Shown here in pieces: positions 13,002-24,775 of a DNA stretch of 64,000 nucleotides. The notes beneath the pieces are model-generated. The model was not told where the DNA came from. It saw nothing but the letters and a program-made list of their open reading frames with translations, and did no database searches. Both the position numbers and the translations under genes were made by a program. This stretch comes from Anthoceros angustus (lineage: Eukaryota; Plantae; Anthocerotophyta), in assembly GCA_010909165.1 (NCBI GenBank), contig VJWM01000106.1:248001-312000 (forward strand). The letters are read 5' to 3'. How positions within the stretch are numbered: position 1 is the stretch's first letter; each line of letters starts with the position of its first letter.

Positions 13002-13848
13002 TTCATTCATGGAATCTGCTGTAAAGTATGGAGTGTACACATGTATGTACATAGATACAAGAAGCAAAGCGGAGAGGAAGCAAATGAGTGTGCCGCGCAC
13101 GATGCATGTACTACATATTGGATCGGCCTGGGTCGCTGTGGTGTGTGCTGGTGCAGCTTCCCTTCCGTGCGCAACTTCGGCATGCATGTACATACATGTG
13201 TGAAGGACACACCCGGCTCATCAAGGACAGCAGGCGGGCAAGTGTAGAGGAGAAAATCCTGTAGCTCAACTCCAAATCTTAGAGACGCAACAAGTACAAA
13301 AAGAGATAATGTCGGTCGGACTGGGGCAGCGGGCATGGGCGCGGCGGGTTTGAGACAGCGGCTCCCAGGCGCCCACTATTGAAGGGGAATCCGGAGCAGA
13401 TTCGTGTAGGCTACTGGGGAAAGCAGATCTGCGGGATTCCTGAATCCACGTAACGAAGTTTGTAGCCGGTGCACAGTGATGGGCAGCCCACGTAGACGGC
13501 TGGTGGAGGCCCAGGGGCCAAAACACAACAGAATAATGCTGTACAGAACAATGCAATGCGACGCATCCGGGGTTCGGGTAACTGGGTTCCGAGTCCCGGG
13601 TCCCGGATCCCGGGTCCCGGGTGCTGGTCCTGGCCGGCGTACAATGGGACCGGGTGTGTAATGTATGTTGTACAGTACCTTTGGACAGGACGGAGAAGCC
13701 CAAGATTCCGCGCGAGGGGAGTGGGGGTTAGAAAGGCCAAGCAGGAAGCAGGAAGCAGGCAGCAGGCAGCAGGCAGCTACCCATGGATTTCATGGCAGGC
13801 AGCAGGCAGCTACCCATGGATTTCATGGCAGCAGCAGCAGCAGTGCAC

Positions 13849-13930
13849 GTACTCGTACGAGTACGAGTACTCATACTCGTACTCGTACGAATACGAGTAC
13901 GAGTACGAGTACGAGTACTCGTACGAGTAC
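13849..13930. repeat. Mixed GAGTAC / GTACTC hexamer microsatellite (direct and reverse-complement units interleaved)
   Basis: gtactcgtacgagtacgagtactcatactcgtactcgtacgaatacgagtacgagtacgagtacgagtactcgtacgagtac. Confidence 0.9.
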
Positions 13931-14460
13931 ATTACAGCAAGCTATGTACACGAACGGCAACAGTTTGCAACAGCAACTGCAGCGGAAAACTTGAAGGAGG
14001 AGAAGCAGAAGGAGGGAGCGGGCCGGACCGGACTGGCGTGGGGACCGGGAGCTGTTGGAGAAGAAGGAGCGAGGTCCCGGGCCTGGAAGGAGGCCGCGGC
14101 CTACGTGCCGCTGCCTCAGGGCTGGGAGACAAGGCGCCATAAGAAGGTGTGCGCTCAGCCTCTGCACGCAGCCGCTGTTGCTGGGCCGTACAGCCGGGGC
14201 CCCCCGCGGGCTCCAGCCTCGGGCCGGGGGAGAGGGAGGGAAAAAAAGAAGAATAAAAAAAGGGTGGGGGGAGTGGTGGGCAATTAGAGCAGGGCTTGGT
14301 TAATCACGCAGAGCCGGCAGCCCAGAAGCCCAGTGCCAGCTCCCGCTCCTGCTCACCTGACTCTTTGCATTTATTCATCAGCACCGGCAGCAGCAGGGAT
14401 CGAGACTGGCTGGACTGACTCCGTCGTCTCGACATCCAAACCTTGCGCTCTGCTCTGAGC

Positions 14461-14573
14461 TCTGCCTCTGCTTCTGCCTCTGCCTCTGCCCCTGCCTCTG
14501 CCTCTGCCCCTGCCTCTGCCTCTGCCTTTGCCCCTGCCCCTGCCCCTGCCCCTGCCCCTGCCTCTGCCTCTGC
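14461..14573. repeat. (GCCTCT/GCCCCT)n pyrimidine-rich hexamer microsatellite
   Basis: Roughly 18 tandem TCTGCC/CCTGCC units are visible directly. Confidence 0.9.
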
Positions 14574-14795
14574 AAAGCAACGCTGACGAGCGTCACTGTG
14601 CCGTACGGCCATCGAAAGACCAGGACCAGGACCAGGACCAGGGCCAGAACCTCGACCTCGGGAGCGAAGATCTGGTGAGCGGGTTCCTAGGACAGAAGGG
14701 TTCTTCTGCTCACGACCAGGCCGCAGACCAGGCCGTTGCAACCTCTGAACTGCCGCTGCCTGCTACTAGGCTGCTGCTGCTGGCTGCTTCTCGAA

Positions 14796-14842
14796 CGAGA
14801 CGAGACGAGACGAGACGAGAAGAGAAGAGACGAGATGAGACG
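14796..14842. repeat. (GAGAC)n pentamer microsatellite
   Basis: cgagacgagacgagacgagacgagaagagaagagacgagatgagacg. Confidence 0.85.
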
Positions 14843-15378
14843 GCAGCAGGCAGGCAGGACCTCGGAAACCACTTCCCAGGCAGAGACCAGCCCTCGGCCC
14901 GCGCGGCACAGGCACACTTTACGATGGGATCGGGAGACGAGGCTGTCATAATATCGGAATTGGAAATGGAATTCCAGTACCAGTGGTGGTACTGGTAGCT
15001 GAGCAAAATTGGGCGCCTGCGACTGCCAAGGCAAAGACAGGCCAAGCAAGGAGTGAGAGTCGGGACTCGGGACTCGGGAGGAGCAGCAATGCTACACACA
15101 CAGTCCTGCTCCTCTCCAGAGGGGAGGATCTACAGTATTCCTCGTCACATGCAATGCTTCTTCGAGCTGCCACTTGTGGGCTCGGGTAGCGGGTGATGAA
15201 CTGCTCCACGACACATACAATCAGCCTGACCCTAAGCTAAAACTGCACTGCTAGTAAAACTCCTGCGTCTCTGTGGCTCTCGGTCCGGGAGTGCAAATGG
15301 CGCAGAAGCTTCTTCGCCAAACTCCTGCCTGGCTTGAATGGTGTGATACCACGTGTGAAAGCGGCTTTGCTACCACGG

Positions 15379-17055
15379 CTACCGCAGAAGAGGCAGCAGC
15401 TGCCTGTTAGACTGTAACGCGCTCGTCAGCTGCAGCGTCCATGGAGACATGGACACCGCCGATTTGGAGCTGTCCAGGCTTGTCACCGAGCCCTCCGAAT
15501 TCACAGACCCGCAGGAGGGGCTGGACACCCTCCCGCTGTCGTTCCCTGCTCCTCCTGCAGCTTGGCCAGGACATGTCTTCCGCTGTTGATGTTGCTGTTG
15601 CTGTTGCTGTTGCTGCTCCTTGGACTTGCCTAAAGAGTACGTGTTCAAGGCCAAGTTGAGCTCCACCGCACACGCAGCTGCAGCAGCAGCAGCCGCAGCA
15701 GCAGGCAAGGGCTTAGCATCCATCTCCCTCGCATCCACCTCACACCGGTCCCACGCTCCGGCTGCCGGGCGTTGCTGCCACTGGAGGTCCGGCTGCGCTG
15801 AGGCAGAATTGGAGTAGAGCTCCAGCCTCGGCTGCACTCTCCTGGGGAGAGGGGACATGACCTGGTTCCCCATCCTCACATCATCGTCGTCCAGCTCCCG
15901 CTTCACCCTCGTGTCCACCACGCGGCTTCCCGAGTGCTCGCCCTGCACACCGCACCACAGCGTGTAGGGAAGCGAGGAGGAAACCACCGCCGGAGCCGGC
16001 TTCACCGATTGCTGCCATGTCCGCCGGCCAGCATCGCCACTCTCCTTGGCGCCTCCATCTCCGTCCCCGTCTCCCGCCAAGTTCACAGCACGCGGCCTCC
16101 CCGATCTCCACTCATGCCCCCGCAGCAGCACCTCCCGCAGCTTCATCTCCTCCCCGACCCCGGTCCGCTCCTCCACCAGCCTGCCGGTACCGGCGCTACT
16201 GATCTCCGACGCGTTGTCCATGTCGTAGGCGGCGGCTCGCACTGCCGCTGCCGTGAGCCCCACGGCCAGCCCCTGCTGCCGCACCTCCTCGTGCGACTGG
16301 GACTGGGACTGCGCCGAATGCTGGTGGAGGCCGGTGAAGGAAGAGCGGGCCCTGCAGCTGCTCGGCCTGCTGGCCACGGCAGGCATCACTCCCAGGCCCA
16401 GGCCGGGGTTAACGTTGCTGCCTCCCCTCTCCAGCGGCGGAGCCTGCGGAGGCAGATGCCGAGGCAACGGAAACGTTCCTCCCGCTCCGACTCCGGCTCC
16501 CGCAACGGCTGCCGGAGCAAGACTCCCACTCCCTCCCAGCCCCAACCCGAGGCCGCCGCCTCCTCCTCCTCCTCCTCCTCCCGCAGCAGGCGCCTTCAAC
16601 GATCCTCCCTTGAGCACCGTCTCCACAGCCGCCTCGCAGGCGCTCCACTTCCCGGACCACAGCAGGCCCAGCGCGCCGTGCACCGGATTCACCGTCCTCC
16701 CGCACGCCTCGTACAAGAGGGACTGGAACAAAGCTGCAAGCAAATTCCACACCGTTCAACACCTTTCCAATTCCCCTCCTCTCCCTCGCCTCACTGACAT
16801 GCAAATTCCTCCCCTCCCCCCCCCATCCGGCACCACCCGGCGGCGAATTCGGAATGCGGAAGTGCACTCACCAGCTCGCTGATCCTCCGGCACGGCGCCG
16901 ATGAATCCCATGAGCCCCGCGCGCCCGAAGAACTTCGCCACAAACACAGTAGCATTCCCCTGCGCGTCCGCGGACTCGATCCACTGCAAGCACGGCCGCA
17001 GCACGCAGTTGTCATTGCAACCCTTGCGCAGCACTCGGCAGCCGTTGCAGCTCAT
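15379..17055 (-). CDS. LBD: Class II LOB-domain transcription factor (LBD37-42 type, LBD40/41-like); exons 17055-16872 and 16733-15379
   Basis: [49 protein letters not shown] spliced to [30 protein letters not shown]. The C-terminus has an EAR-like ELNLAL motif, [10 protein letters not shown] and a terminal LLPLL. Confidence 0.92.
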
Positions 17056-18059
17056 TCTCAGCTCCCCTTGGTCTCGGTCTTCTTCCTCCTTCTCCTCCTC
17101 CTCCTTCCCAGCAGCGCCCACTCCCGCAGCAACAGCGCCAGGCTGAAGAGCCTCGCGCGCGGCCGGATCGCACACACACAAGCGCGTCGCTCGCCCCGCT
17201 CGTCACTCTCGCGTCTCGCACGTCTCGCACACGGACAGCGGCAGGAAGGCGCGACTCGTCGGCGTGTAGGAGGCGAGAAACAGGAGCGGAAAGGAAGACG
17301 GTAGCGCGCGCGCTCTAGGACAGCTGCTGCTTGCCGGGGGACGTGAAACCCGCTGGTTCCAAGTATGTGGGAGGATCCAGTGTGTGACTCGCCTGTGTGT
17401 CAGCCGAGCCCGAGCCCGAGCCCGGAACCGCTGGGCGGCGACCGGCGGGCCGGTGCCGCTCCCGGTGCCGGTGTCGCGACTCCACCCGGGGCCCCTCGCG
17501 GCGCCAAGGGCCACAACGATGGAACCATAGCTCTGGCTCTGGCTGCCCTGCCCTGCCTGCCCTGCCCTGCCCTGCCGGGTGTCGCGAAACCCCAGGCCGG
17601 GAGAGGCTCGGAAGCGCCGGCGCGGCGGGCCCGCCTGTGCGTTGGGCCCGAGACGGTGGGCCGCCCGCTCTCTTAATTGACCTGCGTTATTACTCGGGAG
17701 TGATAGTATCGCCGCGTATCGCCGTCGCGGCACAATTAATGCGCGGTGGGCCTGGCGGGCCGGGCCTGGCACCGCCGTTTCGCCGGCGTCATGATGCAGT
17801 TCTGGAATCTTTAGAAGGCCAGCGCTGGGCCTAAATCTGCCGTGGATCCAGCATCATGGCGCGGGCGCGGGCCGCGGGCGCCGCCCCCGATAGGGTTGGA
17901 ACTCGGTAGGGCCGGGGCCGGGGCCGGGCCTGGTGTCACCGGCCTGGCCCCCGGCCCGGCCAGCCGGCGTCTAGGGCACCGCGCCTTTCACGCTGGCTGT
18001 TGCCCCAGCCTAGGCAGCCCAGCCCTTTAGCCCAGCCCTTGGACGCGGGAATAAACACG

Positions 18060-18255
18060 ATGCGGCTGGGGCTGGGGCTGGGGCTGAGGCTGAGGCTGAG
18101 GCCGAGGTGTGGCTGAGGCTGAGGCGGAAGCGGAAGCATCTGGAGCTTTCCTCGCGGCCAGGGGCCGGGGCCGGGGCCGCGGCTTTTGTGAGTCGCGGGA
18201 AGCGGCCTGGTCACGCACCACCTGGTCGCCCGGCCCGGCCCGGCCCGGCCCCTCC
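18060..18255. repeat. GC-rich short tandem repeats (GGGGCT, GAGGCT, GGGGCC, GGCCC units) upstream of the LBD gene
   Basis: Visible runs ggctggggctggggctgggg, gaggctgaggctgagg, ggggccggggccggggcc and cccggcccggcccggccc. Confidence 0.8.
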
Positions 18256-18702
18256 CGGCACCGCCCGGCGTCCCTTCCCCGCGTCCCAGCTGTTGCTCGC
18301 TTTGTCCCATTTTGTCCCCACCTCGCCCTTATCCACCACCACTTCCAGTCCACGAGTCCATTTCTCGACTAATCCCGGCCCTCTGGAGTCGACTGTCGAC
18401 TCGCGTCGCTCCCCTTCCTCTTTCCATCACCGCACGCAGGTCCCGGGATCGAGGTCCGGGGACCTCGAGTCCAACGTCCCTCGTCCCCGCTTCGCCTTGC
18501 AATGCATAGTTCACCTACCTAGGCCACTGTAGCTACCTGCTCCCCCTCCGGATTCCCGCATACGCAATGCACCATGCACCGGCATCTCCCGTTGCACCGT
18601 CGGGTTTTCGCAGGCACTAGTGTACCCCCGTGACTGCCGGTAGCTGCCTCTGCCCATGTGTCTGTTTGTGCAAAAATATTCCTATGTGTGCTGCTGCCAA
18701 AG

Positions 18703-18740
18703 GTGACAAAAGGTGACAAAAGGTGACAAAGGTGACAAAG
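18703..18740. repeat. Tandem 10-11-mer (AAAGGTGACA)x4
   Basis: ccaaaggtgacaaaaggtgacaaaaggtgacaaaggtgacaaag. Confidence 0.85.
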
Positions 18741-19628
18741 CAAAGGTAGGCAAAGGCTTTCCCCTTCCTTCTCCTGCTCAGGCCTAGCATCACCGGATTA
18801 GCATCACCGGATTCCCTTGCGTTTCTCCCAACACTGCGTCGAGTTTTAACAAGCATTGTCTAAACTTATATGTTCTTTTCGGGTGGTATATTTTGTTTTG
18901 TATTATTTTTATATTATTGTTGATCCGATGCAGCGACGAGTTTTCATAAATGTTACGCAATCTATATCGAAGTTTGAGATGCAGTGTACTACGGATGGTT
19001 CGTCATCACAGACTTGTGCACACCAAAGTGATCAAGGCAGATTCGGAACAGTACTTTTTTAATACATAATCTAAGAATGAAATATTCTAAATCAGTTGGG
19101 TTAGGAATTTTAGTCTCTAATAATGTGTCTTGAAACTTATGTCATGAAAGTGACCACAAGAAAATATATAATTTAAGTTTGATACCAAAAGTAGTACAAA
19201 TGTAGGAAAGAAACTTTGTCTACTCGTTCCTAGAATGTTCTTGATAATAAAACGTTGTGTTGTTTTATGTGCCTTGTAATACCACGTCCTTACATTTTTA
19301 GTCAGGACTTAATGTGAATCAATTGCCTTTCATTTTAATTAACAATATTCGAACATGAAGGAAGCTAATAATAATCTTAAGGCTTTCTTGGCTACCTTAG
19401 GGTGCAATATTTTGGATACAACATGTAGCTTTGAGCATTGCACGATCTCGTGCACACGTGAGAAGCTAGGTGTTGCGGCTAGATGTTGCGCTACAAGCTT
19501 TGCTTGCATTCTCTTCTCTATCTATTTGAATATCTTTTCATTTGCTTTTACAAGCTACGTTGGGATAATAACGTAATTAGATTACAATGAAGCAAAATCA
19601 AAATGTAAAATCCAATTTACCAAGTTGC

Positions 19629-19851
19629 TTCTTCGTTTCTTGCCTTCGTGCTCGTGGCGCTCATTTCTTCCGCTCAATTCGTGGCGCTCACTTCCCTACC
19701 AAGCAGATCTTCGCTTCTAGCTTTTGCGATGACCAAAACCCACCAACGATCGAACCATAGCTTTTCTTGCGGTGCGAATTCCTGCTCTTCCTTTTGCGCT
19801 CCTAGCGCAGACGAAGCGAGCGCAACGAGCACAAAAGCGAGAAACTAAGAA
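19629..19851. repeat. Imperfect inverted repeat / fold-back (34-bp arms), MITE- or hairpin-RNA-like
   Basis: Arm 19629-19662 pairs with arm 19818-19851 at 30/34 positions (one G:U, 4 mismatches). Confidence 0.6.
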
Positions 19852-21259
19852 AGAACCTAGTAAGTTGCATTGCACATTTCGAATTTACTTCTTTTTTAAT
19901 CTAATAATGGTCTTTGTTATATAAGAATGATCTTTTTTCACCGAATAATGATGTCCAAAGTTCCTTCTCCCCGCTTCCTGTGAAGTGGAAACATGTGTCT
20001 AGAGACCCCATGAGGTGCACATTCACCTTCAATGTCGTTGTAGGCCTAGATTACTCCCAAAGGGTGGTTTGTGCCAAGGATGCTAACTTCTATAAGCTCG
20101 ACCCTACGCCTAAGTCCGGACTTCACTATCACTCCTCTTACCATCTACTCAACTACTACTACCTCCCGACTTATCCAACTACCATAGATCTTATTCCCCA
20201 ACCACTGATCTTATTGCACAACTCCCGTTCCCGAGCTACTACCACGGTCGCTCTCACCACTACTGTTGGTGCTCAGGCCTACAAGGGTGGGTCCCATGCC
20301 AAACCCTAGCAACTTATTTCGTGCCAGTGGATCCCCTGCCGGACAGCTACCCACAGTGAATCAGATATTTGCACTCCACACTTCATACACACCAATTCCA
20401 AGGACCGGTTCCTGGATCCCTCTGGCAACCGCTCTCACACACACACAAAGGGCACCACACTCACACAATTTCCACAAGGGAACGTTGTTTTCCCTTGTGC
20501 ACACTTCCACCGACAGCACCGGTTTAGGTTCTCTTCGATCCACAAAAACCTTCACTGTTAGTTTCCCAATTAGTTCTCCTTCTCAACTCCTCTTTACGGT
20601 CTCAACCTCGTATACATCAGTGCTCGATTTTCTTTACCCAATCTTCTTCTCTCTCTCGATTCGCCCAGCCTCAACGCACACAAACACTCTCTTAATTTGA
20701 ACACAACCAGGGAAAAGGGTAAGGGAAAGAAGAATCCTCGGGCGTCACAGCAGGCATTACGAGCAAGCTCCAGAGCCGCCCCGCGCCAATCCTAAGTTCC
20801 TCCTCCGTTGTCGGTGAGGGCTCTATCACCCCTTCCCCGGTTGTGGAGCAAGCTCTCGACCACCTAGGGCGTCTCGCGCACCACCCACGTCGATCGGACG
20901 TCTCCAACCACGGAGTGTGGGGATCTCAACCGAGGTGCTCGATGTGAGGCTGTAAGCCCCTTTATATACATTGGTGGGCGTCATAGCCACCAAACATCAA
21001 GTCCTAAAATGGCGGGCAAGGCTGGTGAGCGGCCTTCAGGTCCGGGATGGCATCCTATCAAGGTTCTATCCTAGGATGCCACTACTCTGCCTCGTTATCT
21101 TGGCGCCCTCAGGTTTGGTGCTGCCCTCCGTCCTCTGCTGCCACCTCCATGGGCCCTCCTCCCTCGCCGCTGGTCTGACAAATCCTCCTTGAACCTCCAC
21201 TCGCTTCAATGTTGGTGGACTCCTCGCTCACGATGCGGGTGTCTGCTCTAGAGCTCCAT

Positions 21260-24200
21260 CCACCCTTGCTTGCGCCTATTCTTTGAGGATCATTAAGCTC
21301 TTCTTCCACCCATGCTGGGCTTCTTCCTCATAAGCTCCTTCAAGGCGCCTCATTATATGAGTTTACCTCCGGGCATAGTGGAAGGACCATTTGCTTGAGT
21401 CCTCACTTGCGGAAGGTAAGCCACAGTCCCTCTTATTCCCACACGCATAGATGATGGGTTAAGCCACGCGTTCCCCATTCACATAGAGACCAAGAACATA
21501 AGATTCCTCATCCATGTGCCGCAACATAATAGGGCCTCCTGCTGCAGATGAGGTGCTTACCCCCTCCTCCTGTGGACTACCCCTGGCCGCCTGAACCATG
21601 CCCTCGAAGGATGCCACGTAGCCTCCTGTTGCGCCACTCATGGTTGCCTTAGAGGTGGGTTCTCCAACGTCGGTGGGGATTTCCGCTACCTCGGTAGTAG
21701 ACTCCACGACAGTTGCCTGTTCCACAACCATGGTAGGGGTTTCTGCTACCGCGGTCGTCTCTCCCTTCACTCCGGTAGTGGCTTCCACTACCTCGGTCGT
21801 GGACCTGCTGCTCCTCTTCCCTTTTCCCTTCTCCTTCCTGACTCGGCCGCGCGCCTCGTCTCGTTCCCGCTTGTACCGGTCTGCCAACTTCCGAACCTTC
21901 TCCACAAAGGCTACCTCTTGCTCTTGGGCCCGCAACAGTTCTCCCTGCATCTCCTGATTTGCTTCATATGCATCCTTAATCTGGGCCATGAGCGATTCTT
22001 GCTTACTCATCATGGAATGTAACTCCTCCTGGGCCTTGCGTAACTCCTCCTGGACTTTGATCCTCATCTCCTCCAGTGCCTACTTCTCTTCCTCCAACTG
22101 TTTTCGCCTAGCCTCCTCCTCATCGAATTTAGCCTTCACCACTGCCCTGCGAGCCGGTGAGTGCCTGGTCTAGCATGTCCGTGAGCCGAATCATGGCTGT
22201 TGTCAACTCCTGCAGATCCACTTGTTGAGGAGGAGCCGCGCCGGACGCCATTCCTCTATCAAGCACCCTTTTTCCCAGCAAGGTGCGTACCCGAACTATC
22301 TCCGCCACAGCGAGCTCATTCGCCAAGGGAGCTCCCTTGAAAATCTCTTCCCACCCTGATGAGGGTTCCGTTGCTGGGGCCAACCCTAATTCTTCCGGGG
22401 CCTCTTCGTCACCTGCATCCAGGTCAGCAAAATTGTCCTTCTCAGGTCGCGCCTCTTCATCTGACAAGTCAATCTTTCGCTTTGCCTTCATCTTCTTCGC
22501 CTTTTCTGCCACCGCCGATCGGTGGCGGCGCATCCACCTTCCCTTTGAGCATTCCCTCGGCCTTCCTTTTCTTGTCTGTGGTGACCTCCCTTTCTTTCGT
22601 GGATTGTGTGTGTGCTGGTGCACGGGAACGAGAGAGCGCAAGGGGCAAGCAAGCAAAAACAAAAAACGGTTATATTTCATTTTTACAAAAAGAGAGTATA
22701 TATGAGTATTTTAAAAGAGTAGTTATAACTGATTATGAAACTACTAACCTAACTAACATAATTTCCTTTACTCCCTCTTAGTTGAAATAATCAGGGTAAG
22801 AGAAATATGAAAAGTAGGCTAATGTAAACCATAACACTAAAACCCAAACATACAACTATCTCCCTCTTAAGCTCCGAAAGAGGGTAAGGCCTTAATGTTG
22901 TAGTTGAGCAGCGCACGATTAGCACAAACTTTGTGGCTTCATCCACTGCGCTGATCAATATACCAAATATATTAATGTGCAGTGAACACGATAATTTTTG
23001 AAGGGGATATACCACCCTTGCTTTGCGCCTATTCTTTGAGGATCATTCGACTCTTCTTCCACCCATGCTCAGGCTTCTTCCTCCGTAAGCTCCTTCAAGA
23101 CTGCCTCCGTATAACAGGGAGTCAGCCCCCATACCCGGGCATAGTGGAAGGACCATTTGCTTCGAGTCCTCACTTGCAGAAGGTAAGCCCTGGTCCCTCT
23201 TATTCCCACACGCACATGGACAGTAAGGTTAAGCACGCGTTCCCCATTCACATAGAGACCAAGAACATAAGATTCCTCATCCATGTGCCGCAACATAATA
23301 GGGCCTCCTGCTGCAGATGAGGTGCTTACCCCCTCCTCCTGTGGACTACCCACAGCACTTTGAACCATGCCCTCGAAGGATGCCACGTAGCCTCCCATTG
23401 CGCCACTCATGGTTGCCTTAGAGGTGGGTTCTCCAAGCGTCGGTGGGGATTTCCGCTACCTGGTAGTAGACTCCACGGCAGTTGCACATTCCACAACCAT
23501 GGTAGGGGTTTCGCTGTGATCGTCTCTCCCTTCACTCCGGTGAGTGGCTTCCACTACCTCGGTCAGACTGCTGCTCCTCTTCCCTTTTCCCTTCTCCTTC
23601 CCTCGGCGCGTGCCTCGTCTTGTTCCGCTTGTGCCAGTGCGCCACTTCGAACCTTCTCCACAAAGGCTACCTCTTGCTCTTGGGCCCTTAGCAGTTCTCC
23701 ACCATCTCCTGATTTGCTTCATATGCATCCTTAATCTGGGCCATGAGCGATTCTTGCTTACTCATCATGGAATGTAACTCCTCCTGGGCCTTGCGTAACT
23801 CCTCCTGGACTTTGATCCTCATCTCCTCCAGTGCCTACTTCTCTTCCTCCAACTGTTTTCGCCTAGCCTCCTCCTCATCGAATTTAGCCTTCACCACTCG
23901 GCCCCTGGCAGGCAGTGAGTGCTGTGACTGGTCTAGCATGTCCGACTGAGCCCGAATCATGGCTGTTGTCAACTCCTGCAGATCCACTTGTTGAGGAGGA
24001 GCCGCGCCGGACGCCATTCCTCTATCAAGCACCCTTTTTCCGGCAAAGGTGCGTGCAGACTATCTCATGCGTGAGCTCATTCGCCAAGGGAGCTCCCTTG
24101 AAAATCTCTTCCCACCCTGATGAGGGTTGTTCTTTGGGGCCAACCCTAATTCTTCCGGGGCCTCTTGTCACTGCATCCGAGTCGCAAAATTGTCCTTCTG

Positions 24201-24775
24201 GTCGCGCCTCTTCATCTGACAAGTCAATCTTTCGCTTTGCCTTCATCTTCTTCGCCTTTTCTGCTGACCACGCCGATCGTGGTGGCATCCACCTTCCTTT
24301 TCTGTTGAGCCTACGACTCCCTCGGCCTTCCTTTTCTTGTGCATGGTGACCTCCCTTTCTTTCGTGGATTGTGTGTTGGTGCAGGAGCGAAGCGCAAGGG
24401 GCAAGCAAGCAAAAACAAAAAACGGTTATATTTCATTTTTACAAAAAGAGAGTATATATGAGTATTTCAAAAAGTAGTTATAACTGATTATGAAACTACT
24501 AACCTAACTAACATAATTTCCTTTACTCCCTCTTAGTTGAAATATTCAGGGTAAGAGAAATATGAAAAGTAAGCTAATGTAAACCATAACACTAAAACCC
24601 AAACATACAACTATCTCCCTCTTAAGCTCCAAAAGAGGGTAAGGCCTTAGTGTTGTAGTTGAGCAGCGCACGATTAGCACAAACTTTGTGGCTTCATCCC
24701 TTTGGATCAATATACCAAATATATTAATGTGCAGTGAACACGATAATTTTTGAAGGGGGGGATATACCACCCTTG
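21260..24775. repeat. Tandem duplication of ~1.75 kb (21260-23011 and 23012-24775)
   Basis: Near-identical copies covering the outer ORF 3' part, a copia LTR and a TIR-element end. The copies differ mainly by small indels. The 9-mer CCACCCTTG occurs at 21260, 23012 and 24767. Confidence 0.9.
22595..22770 (-). repeat. Copia 3' LTR (176 bp); an indel-rich duplicate lies at 24360-24525
   Basis: Matches 35387-35562. On the minus strand it is preceded by the PPT AAGAGGGAG (22771-22779). Confidence 0.88.

Noticed and set aside
13266-15209. Many 100-240-aa ORFs (YEYEYSYS, RGRGRG, AEAEAE, LPLPLP runs)
   Set aside because: They are translations of microsatellites that stay open in several frames on both strands, with no domain content.
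15934-16882. Long plus-strand ORFs (287 and 209 aa) opposite the LBD gene
   Set aside because: Antisense shadows of a GC-rich coding exon.
17200-18532. GC-rich ORFs upstream of LBD
   Set aside because: Stop-poor promoter/UTR sequence with short repeats; no recognisable protein.
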